NCBI GenBank assembly: GCA_963667725.2 | Contig: CAXXHO010000003.1 | Coordinates: 1,376,001 to 1,440,000 of the forward strand | Reading direction: 5' to 3' | Origin: Treponemataceae bacterium | GTDB lineage: Bacteria; Spirochaetota; Spirochaetia; Treponematales; Rectinemataceae | Length of the DNA stretch: 64,000 nt | Shown here: positions 9,920-19,932 of the stretch, piece by piece | Layout: every line of letters starts with the position of its first letter | Position numbering within the stretch: the stretch's first letter is position 1 | The notes under the pieces: generated by a model | The model's input: only the letters and a program-made list of their open reading frames with translations | What the model was told of the DNA's origin: nothing | Databases searched by the model: none | Translations under genes and position numbers: made by a program

Positions 9920-10021
9920 TATTAGCCGCTATATAGGTAATACAGTACATATCGGTAGTCGTCAATGAAGGAAAGGGTTGAGAGCAGGCGGAGAATCTGA
10001 AACCGGACGTGGAATGAAGGT

Positions 10022-10095
10022 TGGCCCAGGCCCGATTCGAACGGGCGACCTGCTGCTTAGGAGGCAGCCGCTCTATCCATCTGAGCTACTGGGTC
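10022..10095 (-). tRNA. tRNA-Arg (anticodon CCT)
   Basis: GACCCAGTAGCTCAGATGGATAGAGCGGCTGCCTCCTAAGCAGCAGGTCGCCCGTTCGAATCGGGCCTGGGCCA folds as a cloverleaf; anticodon arm GCTGC-CTCCTAA-GCAGC; T-loop TTCGAAT; CCA not encoded. Confidence 0.95.
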
Positions 10096-10233
10096 GTTGC
10101 GAGCGCGGATGATACCGGGGATGGGTCCGGCGGCGCGTCATCCGAAAGGACATTATAATAAAGTCCCAATCGTGTCAACGCCGAAGCGGGAATGTTGACC
10201 ATTCGATCTTCCTCCGGTTATGCTGATACCGCA

Positions 10234-11463
10234 ATGAAATTATGGTTCAAATACGCGGCGGGAATTCTCTTCGGCGCGGCGCTTTTCGCCGTCAGCCCCA
10301 AAGCTCTCCTCGATGACGGCGGCATCCTGTCTTTCGCCTCCGAAGTATCGATCAGGATCGGTTATTATGTGTTGGGCGCCTTGCTCTGCGTCAATTTCCC
10401 TCTCTCCGTACTGAAATTGTATGAAGAGAAGAAATTCTGGAATATTGGGATGAAAAGCCTGCGTTTTTTCATTCTTTCTCTTTTCGCGGCAACCGCGCTT
10501 GGCATTATTGCCGCCCTCATCGTCTTGCCCGTCCACATTCCCCTGCTTTCAGACATCTCCTCGCAATCGGTTCAAAACCTGGGAAGCGGCCTGCTGGAGG
10601 TGTTCCCGCGGAATATGGGCGCCCTCTTCCTCAGTCCGAGCGGAACTATCCTTCCCGTCCTCATTTTTGCCTTCATCATCGGGTTGGCTATGGCCCACGA
10701 TCCGATGGCGGCCCGACCTGTCGCCAACCTTCTCGATTCGTTTTCAAGGATACTCTATACAATCAATTCGTTCATAACGGAAATCCTCGGCGTTCTGCTC
10801 ATACCGGTATCGGCGCGAACGTTCCACCTCGTCACGACCTCGATCGACGGGGGAATCTATGGTTCCTTCCTGCTAATTCTGGCTGTCGCTTCCCTGGCCG
10901 TCCTCGCGCTTTTCATCCCCCTGGCCGTCTTTCTGCTGGGCGACAGGAAAAATCCTTTCCCCCTTCTCTACTCGGGGCTTCCAACGATCTTTACGGCCCT
11001 GGCCTCGGGCAATCTTCGCTTTTCCGGGGGATCGATGATACGCCAGGCCAGCGAAAACCTGGGGACAAAGCGCCGCTACAACGGCGCCATCATGCCGGCG
11101 GGGTTTTTCTTCGGGAGGGCGGGAACGGCCTTTATTGCCGCGATTTCCTTCGTCATCATACTTTCTTCCTATTCGCGGCTGGCGATTTCCATACCTAGCC
11201 TGATAGCTATTCTGTTCCTTATTCCGGTGACGACTATAATCGCGAGTTCGTCGATGCAGAGCGGCCCGATCGCCGTGCTCACCCTCAGCTGCGGCTTTTT
11301 CGGTAGAGGTTTCGAGAACGGCTATCTCGTCATGGTGCCTATCGCGCTACTTTTATCAACAATCGCTGTTCTTATCGATGTTCTATGGATCGGCGCGTCG
11401 CAGGCACTCGTCGCGCGTCATTTCATCCTGCGCGATCAGAAGGATGCCAGGCATTTTATCTGA
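10234..11463 (+). CDS. Dicarboxylate/amino acid:cation symporter (DAACS) family transporter, divergent
   Basis: Multi-TM protein of ~409 aa; VFPRN..ILPVLIFAFIIGLA resembles DAACS; probable start MKLWFKY at 10234. Confidence 0.65.
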   Translation: MKLWFKYAAGILFGAALFAVSPKALLDDGGILSFASEVSIRIGYYVLGALLCVNFPLSVLKLYEEKKFWNIGMKSLRFFILSLFAATALGIIAALIVLPVHIPLLSDISSQSVQNLGSGLLEVFPRNMGALFLSPSGTILPVLIFAFIIGLAMAHDPMAARPVANLLDSFSRILYTINSFITEILGVLLIPVSARTFHLVTTSIDGGIYGSFLLILAVASLAVLALFIPLAVFLLGDRKNPFPLLYSGLPTIFTALASGNLRFSGGSMIRQASENLGTKRRYNGAIMPAGFFFGRAGTAFIAAISFVIILSSYSRLAISIPSLIAILFLIPVTTIIASSSMQSGPIAVLTLSCGFFGRGFENGYLVMVPIALLLSTIAVLIDVLWIGASQALVARHFILRDQKDARHFI

Positions 11464-11545
11464 TTTACATGATTTATCCGTTTCAGGCACCATTGAAGCC
11501 GCCGAGGCTTGACGATACCGAATCCCCGATTTACTATTCAAAGCT

Positions 11546-11992
11546 ATGGACTTAATGACTGTACTCAGCTCCGAGCTGATCGCGCTTCATCTCACGGGCA
11601 CAACGAAAGATGAAATCATCGACGAACTCATCGATATCGCCATGAAAAGCGGCAAAGTCAAGGACAGGGAGCAGGCAAAAGCCTCGGTTCTCGAACGTGA
11701 GACGCGGATGAGTACCGGCATGAAGCATGGTATCGCCATTCCTCACGGCAAGACTTCTGCCGTTTCTGAGCTCGTCGCCTGCGTGGGCGTTTCCGACAAA
11801 GAAGTGGATTTCGACGCCCTGGACAGAAAGGGCTGCAAAATCTTCATTATGACGCTTTCGCCGCCGGAAAAGACGGGACCTCATCTTCAGTTTCTGGCCG
11901 AAGTGAGCATGCTTTTCAGAAGCGAGGAAAAACGCCAGGCCATTCTCAAGGCCTCTACCGCTCAGGAAGTGTTGCGGATTCTCACTCCCTGA
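11546..11992 (+). CDS. PTS IIA component (fructose/mannitol/Ntr family)
   Basis: ERETRMSTGMKHGIAIPHGK phospho-His motif; HLQFLA. Confidence 0.9.
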   Translation: MDLMTVLSSELIALHLTGTTKDEIIDELIDIAMKSGKVKDREQAKASVLERETRMSTGMKHGIAIPHGKTSAVSELVACVGVSDKEVDFDALDRKGCKIFIMTLSPPEKTGPHLQFLAEVSMLFRSEEKRQAILKASTAQEVLRILTP

Positions 11993-12006
11993 TCGGCTCG
12001 TCGCGT

Positions 12007-12036
12007 AAAAAAAGGCTGCCTTTTGGCAGCCTTTTT
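12007..12036. terminator. Bidirectional intrinsic terminator
   Basis: AAAAAAAGGCTGCC-TTTT-GGCAGCCTTTTT between convergent genes. Confidence 0.85.
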
Positions 12037-12066
12037 CATTTGTTGCGGTATCCCGTACGCTGATTC

Positions 12067-12333
12067 TTATTCCAGCACGGCGAGGACATCGGACATCTTG
12101 ACGATGAGGTGCTCGGAGCCCTGGATCTTGATCTGAGTTCCCGCGTACTTATCGTACATGACTTCATCGCCTGCCTTGACCTTGATCACATCCGTATCGG
12201 TGCCAACAGCAACGACGACGCCCGTCTGTGTCTTTTCCTGGGCTGTCTGCGGAATGATGATTCCGCCCGCTGTCTTGGTCTCGCTTTCCTTGATCTTGAT
12301 GAGAATGCGATCACCCAAGGGTTTGACGTTCAT
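12067..12333 (-). CDS. groES: Co-chaperonin GroES
   Basis: MNVKPLGDRILIK..ETKTAGGIIIP..AQEK and YDKYAGT. Confidence 0.97.
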   Translation of the reverse strand: MNVKPLGDRILIKIKESETKTAGGIIIPQTAQEKTQTGVVVAVGTDTDVIKVKAGDEVMYDKYAGTQIKIQGSEHLIVKMSDVLAVLE

Positions 12334-12488
12334 AAAGTATCCTCCTGAACTTTCGTTTGAATTGAGATTGCTTCTATAGAAATATAAAAAATCTGAGGCT
12401 GAGGGTCAATAGAACGCGGCGCATGGAAAGCGGCGAATGGTCTTCCTTATCGGTCATCTTTTCATTAAATTTCAAATTGGAGCGATAA

Positions 12489-14456
12489 ATGCCTAAAAAG
12501 AACGCTAACTGGAATCGCAAACCCGGGCTTCGCCCTACTCAGGGCAATAAGGTCCCATCGAAGGGCACAGGCCCATTCGGCGGCTTTCAGCTGAAGTTTT
12601 CCTTCAGCTATATCATCGTCACCCTCATCCTCGTGAGCCTTTTCAATTATCTCCTCTTCAGGACCGATAATACGCTCGTCCCCTATTCCACGTTCAAGGA
12701 CAAGGTCGAAAATGGCGAGATAAAGCGCGTTGAGATCGATTTGAATTATTTTACGGGATATACGGACGCGAACACGCAGGAACCTTCCTCGCCCTTCCCC
12801 GCTTCCACCAAGACTGGCGTTGTCTATAAGGCCGTTCCCGTCGACGATCCTCAGTTTACCGCTCTTCTCGACGAGAAGAATATTGTCTATTCCGCTTCTC
12901 CGAGAGAAGGCAGCACCATCCTTTCTCTCATACTCAACTGGATTCTGCCCTTTGGCCTCATGTTCTTCGTCTGGCGCCTCGTGATGAAGCGCGCACAGGG
13001 AGGCGGCAATTCCAATGTCCTCGCCTTCGGACAGAACAAGGCCACCATCGTGGCTGAGGGCGATATTAAGACTCGCTTCGTCGATGTGGCGGGCGTGGAT
13101 GAAGCCAAGGCCGAGCTGGTGGAGGTCGTCGACTTTCTGAAGAATCCGACGAAGTACACCGATATCGGCGGCAAGATTCCCAAGGGCGTCCTCCTCGTGG
13201 GCCCCCCAGGCACGGGCAAGACCCTGCTGGCCCGTGCCGTGGCCGGCGAGGCCGAGGTGCCCTTCTTCCGCATGAGCGGCGCGGACTTCGTGGAAATGTT
13301 CGTGGGCGTGGGCGCGGCGCGGGTACGCGATCTGTTCCGCCAGGCGAGGGAAAAGGCTCCCTGCATCGTTTTCATAGATGAACTGGACGCCCTCGGCAAG
13401 AGCAGATCGAGCGGTATGATGGGCGGGAACGACGAAAGGGAGCAGACGCTGAACCAGCTTCTCGTTGAGATGGATGGATTCGACGCCACTTCGGGCCTCA
13501 TCATCCTCGCGGCCACGAACCGCCCGGACGTCCTCGACCCCGCGCTTCTGCGTCCCGGAAGGTTCGACAGGCAGGTTCTCGTGGACAGGCCTGACATGCC
13601 CGGCCGCGAAGCCATCCTCAGGATTCACGCGAAAAACATTAAAATGGAAGAATCCGTCGATTTGGCCCGCATAGCGCGCAGCACTCCGGGTTTCGTCGGA
13701 GCCGATCTCGCCAATATCGTAAACGAGGCGGCTCTCCTCGCCGTGCGGGCCGGGAGGAAAAAAGTCCAGCAGGGCGATTTCGACGCGGCTATCGAGAAGG
13801 TGATAGCCGGCCTCGAAAAGAAGACCAAGGTCATCAATGTCAAGGAAAGAAAGGTGATTGCCTTCCATGAGACAGGCCATGCGGTGACGGCGGCCTTTAC
13901 CCTAGGCAGCGATCCGGTAAAGAAGGTGTCCATCGTCCCGAGGGGCTATGGCGCCTTGGGATATACGCTTCAGATGCCCATCGAGGATCGTTATGTCGTC
14001 AGCGAGGAGGAACTCCTGAGCCAGATCGACGTGCTTCTGGGCGGACGCGCCGCCGAGCAGATCGTATTCGGCTCCATCTCCACCGGCGCGGCCAACGACA
14101 TCACCAGGGCTACCGATATAGCCCGCAGGATGATAGTCGATTTCGGCATGTCGGAGCGGTTCAGGCATGTAGCCCTCACCAGGAAGGGCCAGGCTTTCGG
14201 TGGCGCTCAGGTTCCCGAGCCCTTCATGGCCAGGGAGTACAGCGAGGACACCCAGAAATACGTGGACGAGGAGATTGCGAGAATCATCGCGGCCCGCTAT
14301 GATGGCGTGGTCGCCCTTCTTGGCTCCAAGCGCGATCTGATCGAAAAGGTCGCGGGAATCCTTCTGGAAAAGGAAGTCATCGAAGAGGCGGAGTTCCTTG
14401 CCCTCACCTCCGAACAAGGTGAGAAAAGCTCTCCTGAAAACGTGGAGAGCATCTGA
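12489..14456 (+). CDS. ftsH: ATP-dependent zinc metalloprotease FtsH
   Basis: Two TMs, [25 protein letters not shown] and HETGH zinc motif. Confidence 0.97.
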   Translation: MPKKNANWNRKPGLRPTQGNKVPSKGTGPFGGFQLKFSFSYIIVTLILVSLFNYLLFRTDNTLVPYSTFKDKVENGEIKRVEIDLNYFTGYTDANTQEPSSPFPASTKTGVVYKAVPVDDPQFTALLDEKNIVYSASPREGSTILSLILNWILPFGLMFFVWRLVMKRAQGGGNSNVLAFGQNKATIVAEGDIKTRFVDVAGVDEAKAELVEVVDFLKNPTKYTDIGGKIPKGVLLVGPPGTGKTLLARAVAGEAEVPFFRMSGADFVEMFVGVGAARVRDLFRQAREKAPCIVFIDELDALGKSRSSGMMGGNDEREQTLNQLLVEMDGFDATSGLIILAATNRPDVLDPALLRPGRFDRQVLVDRPDMPGREAILRIHAKNIKMEESVDLARIARSTPGFVGADLANIVNEAALLAVRAGRKKVQQGDFDAAIEKVIAGLEKKTKVINVKERKVIAFHETGHAVTAAFTLGSDPVKKVSIVPRGYGALGYTLQMPIEDRYVVSEEELLSQIDVLLGGRAAEQIVFGSISTGAANDITRATDIARRMIVDFGMSERFRHVALTRKGQAFGGAQVPEPFMAREYSEDTQKYVDEEIARIIAARYDGVVALLGSKRDLIEKVAGILLEKEVIEEAEFLALTSEQGEKSSPENVESI

Positions 14457-14474
14457 CCATAACAGGATTTCCCG

Positions 14475-15818
14475 ATGCAGATTTTTCTCTTTGCCTACGC
14501 GGTAGTTCTACTAGCCGTCGCTTTTTTCTCGTCACGAAGACAGGATAGCTTCCAGAATTTCGTGCTGGCCGGAAGGAACCAGCCGAAGATACTGATCATC
14601 GGCTCCATGCTGGCCTCCACGATTGGCGGAGGGCTTACTTTGGGAACCGTGAGCAAGGCGTACAGCCTCGGATTTCCAGCTTTCTGGTTTGTCGCTTCCG
14701 GAGCCGCCGCCCACCTCATCCAGGGAGCCTTTCTTTCCGAGAAAGTAAGAAAAACCGAAGCCCTGACGCTGCCCGATCTCGCCGCCAAGCTTTCTTCCCC
14801 AGCGGTCAAACGCTTGACGGGCATCATCATAGTGTTGACGTGGACAGGCATAGCCGCCGGGCAATTCCTAGCGGCGAGCAAAGTCGTCACCTCCATCACA
14901 GGGCTTTCCCATCAGTGGGCCGTCATCACCTCGGCTTCATTCCTTGTGATCTACACCATCATGGGAGGGCAGCGATCGATTCTCCGCACCGATCTTTTTC
15001 AGTTCGGCATCCTGGCCATCGGCATTCTGGCCGCCTGCGGCTGGCTTTTCGGAACAAGACCCACATCCATCGCTTCCCTCGACATACAGCTTTTCACCGC
15101 CAAATTCGGAGTCCTGGACCTGCTGTATTATCTTGTCGTGGTCGCCGGATCCTACCTGATCTGCCCCATGATGTTCGGGCGAATTCTTTCTTCCGATTCC
15201 CCCGCGTCCGCCAGAAAGGCCTCCTACACAAGCGCCTTGGGAATGCTGATCTTCGCCGTCGCCATCACCTCGATAGGGCTTTGGGCCAGGGCCTCAGGCC
15301 TCGACTTCGGCGGCGCCGACCCGTTGAATGCCATGATAGGTTCGGTTTTTCCCTCCTGGCTGTCCTTTCTCATGGTATTCGGAATTCTGGCCGCCATTCT
15401 TTCGACGGCCGACACGGTTCTCCTCACCGCTGCGGGGATCTTCGAGCACGACGTGCTGGGCGGATCTTCGCTCAACCGAACGCAAGCATGGGTCGGCGTA
15501 ATCGCCTCCTTCGCCGCCATCACCGCGCTTTTCAAGACCGATATCGTCGATCTCCTTCTGGAAACCTATCAGGGCTATACATCGGGCATCGTCCCCGCCC
15601 TCTTCATTGTCCTCGTCGCCAGCGGGAAGAAGCAAGTGCGGAGCGGCTTTCTCTTTGTCGCCATCGCCTGCGGGTATGGGCTGGGTCTGGGCGGAAACCT
15701 GTTCGCCGGAGGCATCGCGCAAAAACTGATGGCCTTTGCCGGCATCATAGTGTCGAGCCTCATCACTGTGGCGGGACTGAGGCCCATTTCCCCGGCTGCC
15801 GAGATCGATCGTCGCTGA
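14475..15818 (+). CDS. Sodium:solute symporter family protein
   Basis: FVLAGR, YTIMGGQRSILRTDLFQ and AAILSTADT; ~12-13 TMs. Confidence 0.85.
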   Translation: MQIFLFAYAVVLLAVAFFSSRRQDSFQNFVLAGRNQPKILIIGSMLASTIGGGLTLGTVSKAYSLGFPAFWFVASGAAAHLIQGAFLSEKVRKTEALTLPDLAAKLSSPAVKRLTGIIIVLTWTGIAAGQFLAASKVVTSITGLSHQWAVITSASFLVIYTIMGGQRSILRTDLFQFGILAIGILAACGWLFGTRPTSIASLDIQLFTAKFGVLDLLYYLVVVAGSYLICPMMFGRILSSDSPASARKASYTSALGMLIFAVAITSIGLWARASGLDFGGADPLNAMIGSVFPSWLSFLMVFGILAAILSTADTVLLTAAGIFEHDVLGGSSLNRTQAWVGVIASFAAITALFKTDIVDLLLETYQGYTSGIVPALFIVLVASGKKQVRSGFLFVAIACGYGLGLGGNLFAGGIAQKLMAFAGIIVSSLITVAGLRPISPAAEIDRR

Positions 15819-15924
15819 TCCTTCAATTTGACACTATTCGTCTTATTGACATGATAGCTCCATCCATGGTCAAATCTCCCGCATGACAGTTTTTCATTTT
15901 TTGTCATTTATCAGGAGGTAAACG

Positions 15925-16902
15925 ATGTCCGTTGTCATACGTTCCATCGCGTCATATATTCCGCAGACAAGGGTGTCCAATGAAGAGCTGGCGGCCAAGC
16001 TCGAAACCACCGATGAATGGATCCGTTCCCATACGGGCATCGGCGCGCGCCATTTGGCCTCCGAAAACGTGCTGACGAGCGACATGGCCGCTGAAGCCGC
16101 GAAATCGGCCATGGAGAAGGCCAGGATCGGTCCCCACGACATCGACCTGATAGTCGTGGCTACCGCCACGCCTGACTACTTCGGCTTTCCGGCCACCGCC
16201 TGCATCGTCCAGGAAAAGATCGGCGCCTTTGGCTGCACCGCTTTCGACGTCGTCGCCGGCTGCACGGGTTTCATCTACGCGCTGGACATCGCTTCGGCCA
16301 TGCTTGAGGCGAGAAACGGACGGCATGCCCTCGTCATAGGCTCCGAACAGCTCTCGAGGATTGTCGACTGGAGCGATCGTTCGACGGCCGTTCTCTTCGG
16401 CGACGGCGCCGGCGCCGCCGTGATATCGCGCATCGACGAGCCTGGCCGCGGCTGCCTTTCCTTCCTGCTGGGAGCCGATGGTTCCGGAGCGAAAGACCTT
16501 TTCCTTACCCAGTCGCCCAGGACCGACGCCTACGCCAGGTCGGCCCCGACCGTTCCCGTGATTTCGATGAACGGCAAGAATGTATACAACTTCGCCGTCA
16601 AATCCATCACCGTCCTCATAGAACGTATCATGCACGCCACCGTATACAAGCTTGAGGACTTTTCCTGGATCATCCCGCACCAGGCGAACGAACGCATCGT
16701 GCAGGCCGCCGGCAAGCGTTTCGGCATTCCGCCGGAAAAGTTCTATCTGAATATGGAAGAATATGCCAACACTTCATCGGCGAGCATCCCCCTTGCCCTG
16801 GCTGAGATGGACAGCAAAGGTCTTCTGAAAACGAACGATCTCATAATGCTTTTAGGTTTTGGCGCGGGGCTTACCTATGGCGCTGCCGTAATACGTTGGT
16901 AG
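15925..16902 (+). CDS. fabH: 3-oxoacyl-ACP synthase III
   Basis: WIRSHTGI, AGCTGF (Cys), LFGDGAGA, PHQAN and NTSSASIP. Confidence 0.95.
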   Translation: MSVVIRSIASYIPQTRVSNEELAAKLETTDEWIRSHTGIGARHLASENVLTSDMAAEAAKSAMEKARIGPHDIDLIVVATATPDYFGFPATACIVQEKIGAFGCTAFDVVAGCTGFIYALDIASAMLEARNGRHALVIGSEQLSRIVDWSDRSTAVLFGDGAGAAVISRIDEPGRGCLSFLLGADGSGAKDLFLTQSPRTDAYARSAPTVPVISMNGKNVYNFAVKSITVLIERIMHATVYKLEDFSWIIPHQANERIVQAAGKRFGIPPEKFYLNMEEYANTSSASIPLALAEMDSKGLLKTNDLIMLLGFGAGLTYGAAVIRW

Positions 16903-16913
16903 GAGAAATACAG

Positions 16914-18158
16914 ATGCAGAGAAAAATTGCCGTGACAGGCTTGGGGATCATCAGCCCCATCGGGAACGATATGGAAAGTTTCTGGAGCGCTCTCTTGAGG
17001 GGCGAATCAGGCGCCGGTCCCGTTACGCATTTCGATGCCTCGAGGCTCGACTCGCGTATCGCGGCCGAGGTAAAAGGCTTCGATCCCGGCCTCTGGATGG
17101 ACAAAAAGGAATCGCGCAAGATGGGGCTTTTTTCCCAGTACGCGGTAGCCGCCTCGGTTCAGGCCTGGAATGATGCCGGATTGACGGATTCTAACTGCGA
17201 TGGCGAAAAGACGGCTATCTGCCTGGGCAACGGGATCGGCGGTCTTGAGGTGTTTCAGGATTCCTACGCCAAGCTGCTGGAATCCGGTCCTGACAGGATG
17301 CCTCCCATGACGGTTCCGCTCATGATAGCCAACGAGGCCGCGGCCAACGTCGCCATGCGCCTCGGGATTCAGGGTCCGGCTTATACGCAGGTGACGGCCT
17401 GCGCCTCCGGCACCGACGCCATCGGGCAGGCCATCGACCTGCTGCGATCGGGACGCGTCGATGTTGTGGTGGCGGGCGGCACCGAAGCGGCCGTCACCGA
17501 GTTCGCAATGGGCGGTTTCTGCCGCCTCAAGGCGCTGACGACGCGACGCAACGATGACCCCACGAAGGCGTCCAGGCCTTTCGACAGGGACAGAGACGGA
17601 TTCCTCATCGGCGAAGGAGCCGGAATCCTCATCCTTGAAGATTATGACAGGGCCAAGGCCCGCGGCGCGAAAATCTATGCCCTGGCATCGGGCTATGGGG
17701 CCACCTGCGACGCTTATCATCTGACAGCCCCCCACCCGGAAGGCATCCAGGGTTCCAGGGCTCTTGCCTTGGCCCTCGAGGACGCGGGCCTTAAGCCTTC
17801 GGAAGTCGGCTATTACAACGCCCACGGGACTTCGACACAGCTCAACGATCCCACGGAGACGGCTATGGTCAAGAAGACCTTCGGCGATGCCGTGAAGCAG
17901 CTCAAGGTCAGCTCGACGAAGAGCATGACGGGGCATTGCCTGGGCGCCACGGGCGCCATCGAGGCTATCGTCTGCGTCAAAGCCATAGAAACAGGCTATC
18001 TGCCGCCGACCATCAATCTGGATAATCCCGACCTGGAAGCTGGCTGCGACCTGGATTACATACCCAATAAATCCATACATCACCCCGTGGAAGCGGCCTT
18101 GACCGCCTCGCTGGGTTTCGGCGGCCATAACGGCGCGCTGGCATTCAGGCGGGCATAG
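16914..18158 (+). CDS. fabF: 3-oxoacyl-ACP synthase II
   Basis: TACASG, SRPFDRDRDGF, NAHGTST and GHCLGA; ATG 16914 after AGGAG. Confidence 0.95.
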   Translation: MQRKIAVTGLGIISPIGNDMESFWSALLRGESGAGPVTHFDASRLDSRIAAEVKGFDPGLWMDKKESRKMGLFSQYAVAASVQAWNDAGLTDSNCDGEKTAICLGNGIGGLEVFQDSYAKLLESGPDRMPPMTVPLMIANEAAANVAMRLGIQGPAYTQVTACASGTDAIGQAIDLLRSGRVDVVVAGGTEAAVTEFAMGGFCRLKALTTRRNDDPTKASRPFDRDRDGFLIGEGAGILILEDYDRAKARGAKIYALASGYGATCDAYHLTAPHPEGIQGSRALALALEDAGLKPSEVGYYNAHGTSTQLNDPTETAMVKKTFGDAVKQLKVSSTKSMTGHCLGATGAIEAIVCVKAIETGYLPPTINLDNPDLEAGCDLDYIPNKSIHHPVEAALTASLGFGGHNGALAFRRA

Positions 18159-18313
18159 GACCGCGCGGCGCCGCGGCGCCCGCCAGGCGCATGGCATAGA
18201 ACGCGCAGGACCGCGCGCCTTCTTTTCAGGATGGCGCCGCATACATTATAATCTCGGTAGGTTTTACGCTCCGCTCGGTTCGGCGAGCGTCGATACTACA
18301 AAAGGCTGAACAC

Positions 18314-18733
18314 ATGGAAAACATAGAGTCGTACCTCCCTCATCGCCCTCCTTTTCTTTTTATCGATGACGCAAGCATCGACGGGACGACAATTCTCGCT
18401 TCGAGAACGTACAAATCTGATGACTGGTTCTTTAAAGGCCATTTTCCGGCCTACCCGGTAGTCCCCGGTGTCCTCCTCATCGAAGCCCTGGCCCAGGCCG
18501 GCGGCGTTGGAGCAAAACTGCTCGGAATTAAGCCGAAGGGGCTTTTTGTCCTGGCCAAGATTCGACAGGCGACATTCAGGCGCCAGGTCAAGCCCGGCGA
18601 CAAGCTCGATATGGAAGTCGTCAACCTAAAATCCAGCGGACTTGTCCTTCATCAGAAGGGCGTAGGCAAAGTCGACGGAGAAATAGCCGTCGAGGCCGAA
18701 TGGATAGCCATGGCAACGGAGGTCCCGGAATGA
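18314..18733 (+). CDS. fabZ: 3-hydroxyacyl-ACP dehydratase
   Basis: LPHRPPFLFID and FFKGHFP.YPVVPGVLLIEALAQ. Confidence 0.93.
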   Translation: MENIESYLPHRPPFLFIDDASIDGTTILASRTYKSDDWFFKGHFPAYPVVPGVLLIEALAQAGGVGAKLLGIKPKGLFVLAKIRQATFRRQVKPGDKLDMEVVNLKSSGLVLHQKGVGKVDGEIAVEAEWIAMATEVPE

Positions 18734-19932
18734 AAATCACCCCGATGGTGAGAAACAATATTTTCCTCAACGCTCACCCCGAAGGCTGCGCCAGGGTCGT
18801 ACGGCTCCAGATCGCGCAGGCCGCGGCGCTTAAAGCCAAGGTCGACGCGGCCAGGGCTTCGAATCAGCGACTCCCGCGAAATGTGCTCGTGATAGGGGCC
18901 TCCACCGGATATGGCCTCGCTTCGAGGATCGTGGCAGGCTTCGCGTACGGGGCGTCTACCGTGGGCTTTTCCTACGAAAAAGAACCGAGTAACGCTAAAA
19001 CGGCCTCGCCCGGCTGGTACGCGAACAGAAGCTTCGACAGCGAAGCCACGAAGCTAGGTCTTTTCGCGAAAACATTCAATATCGACGCTTTTTCCAATGA
19101 AGCCAAGAATTTGGCTATCGAGACGGCTCGCTCAGGCGGATTCGCCTATGATCTCGTCATCTATTCCCTGGCAAGCCCCGTGCGCGTCGACCCCATGACG
19201 GGCGTGATGTACCGCTCGGTGATCAAACCGATCGGAAGGGACTATACGGGCAAGACCGCTGACGTTTTTACCGGCAAGATAAGCGAAGCCCACGTACAGC
19301 CCGCCGACGAAAAGGAAATCGAGGAAACCGTCAAGGTTATGGGCGGCGAGGATTGGAGCCTCTGGCTGGAAGCCCTCGACGCCGCGAAAGTCCTCGAGAA
19401 AAACGCCATCACCGTGGCCTACTCCTATCTCGGTCCTCCCCTTTCCTGGCCCATTTACAGGGACGGAACCATAGGCCGCGCCAAATCGCATCTTGAAAAA
19501 AGCGCCCGCGACATCGCGGCGAGGCACAAAGCATCGGGCCTGCGGGCATTTGTCTCCATAAACAAGGCCGTGGTCACACGCGCGTCGGCCGTCATCCCCA
19601 TCATTCCGCTCTATGTCTCCACCTTGTTCAAAGTGATGAAGGAAAGAAATATTCACGAGGATTGTCTGGACCAGATGCAGAGGCTTTTCATGGAAAGACT
19701 CTACGTCAGGGACGGAGCGGCAGTGCCGATCGATGAGGAAGGCAGGATAAGGCTGGACGAACTGGAAATGGGCGCGGCGGTCCAGGAAGATGTCTCGACC
19801 CGTCTGGGGAAAGTAAACGAAGCCAACCTGAACGACCTTACCGACATCGAAGGATTCCGACGCGACTTCTTGCAGGCCCATGGTTTCGCCGTCCCGGGCA
19901 TCGATTATGACGCGGAAGTCGACCCTCTCTGA
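18730..19932 (+). CDS. fabV: Enoyl-ACP/trans-2-enoyl-CoA reductase FabV (Ter family)
   Basis: NAHPEGC, VIGASTGYGLASRI, YSLASPVR, VMGGEDW and YRDGTIGRAK; ATG 18730 overlaps the fabZ stop. Confidence 0.93.
   Translation: MKITPMVRNNIFLNAHPEGCARVVRLQIAQAAALKAKVDAARASNQRLPRNVLVIGASTGYGLASRIVAGFAYGASTVGFSYEKEPSNAKTASPGWYANRSFDSEATKLGLFAKTFNIDAFSNEAKNLAIETARSGGFAYDLVIYSLASPVRVDPMTGVMYRSVIKPIGRDYTGKTADVFTGKISEAHVQPADEKEIEETVKVMGGEDWSLWLEALDAAKVLEKNAITVAYSYLGPPLSWPIYRDGTIGRAKSHLEKSARDIAARHKASGLRAFVSINKAVVTRASAVIPIIPLYVSTLFKVMKERNIHEDCLDQMQRLFMERLYVRDGAAVPIDEEGRIRLDELEMGAAVQEDVSTRLGKVNEANLNDLTDIEGFRRDFLQAHGFAVPGIDYDAEVDPL

Noticed and set aside
12067..12333. groES without groEL, and no CIRCE element
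   Set aside because: Separated groES and groEL is normal in spirochaetes; no TTAGCACTC-N9-GAGTGCTAA was seen
12465..13880. Long antisense ORFs (also 17007..18242, 28087..29466, 39022..40485, 41604..43085, 46811..47860, 62425..63894)
   Set aside because: Shadow frames opposite well-conserved genes, expected in GC-rich codon-biased DNA; no motifs or RBS
14840..15886. Arg-rich same-strand alternative-frame ORFs (also 50491..52209 and 58079..58972)
   Set aside because: Composition typical of off-frame translation of GC-rich genes
18159..18313. GG-N10-GC sigma54-like site (TGGCATAGAACGCGCA) and short AGGACCGCGCG repeats between fabF and fabZ
   Set aside because: The -12 element is poor and the region is GC-rich; chance match likely
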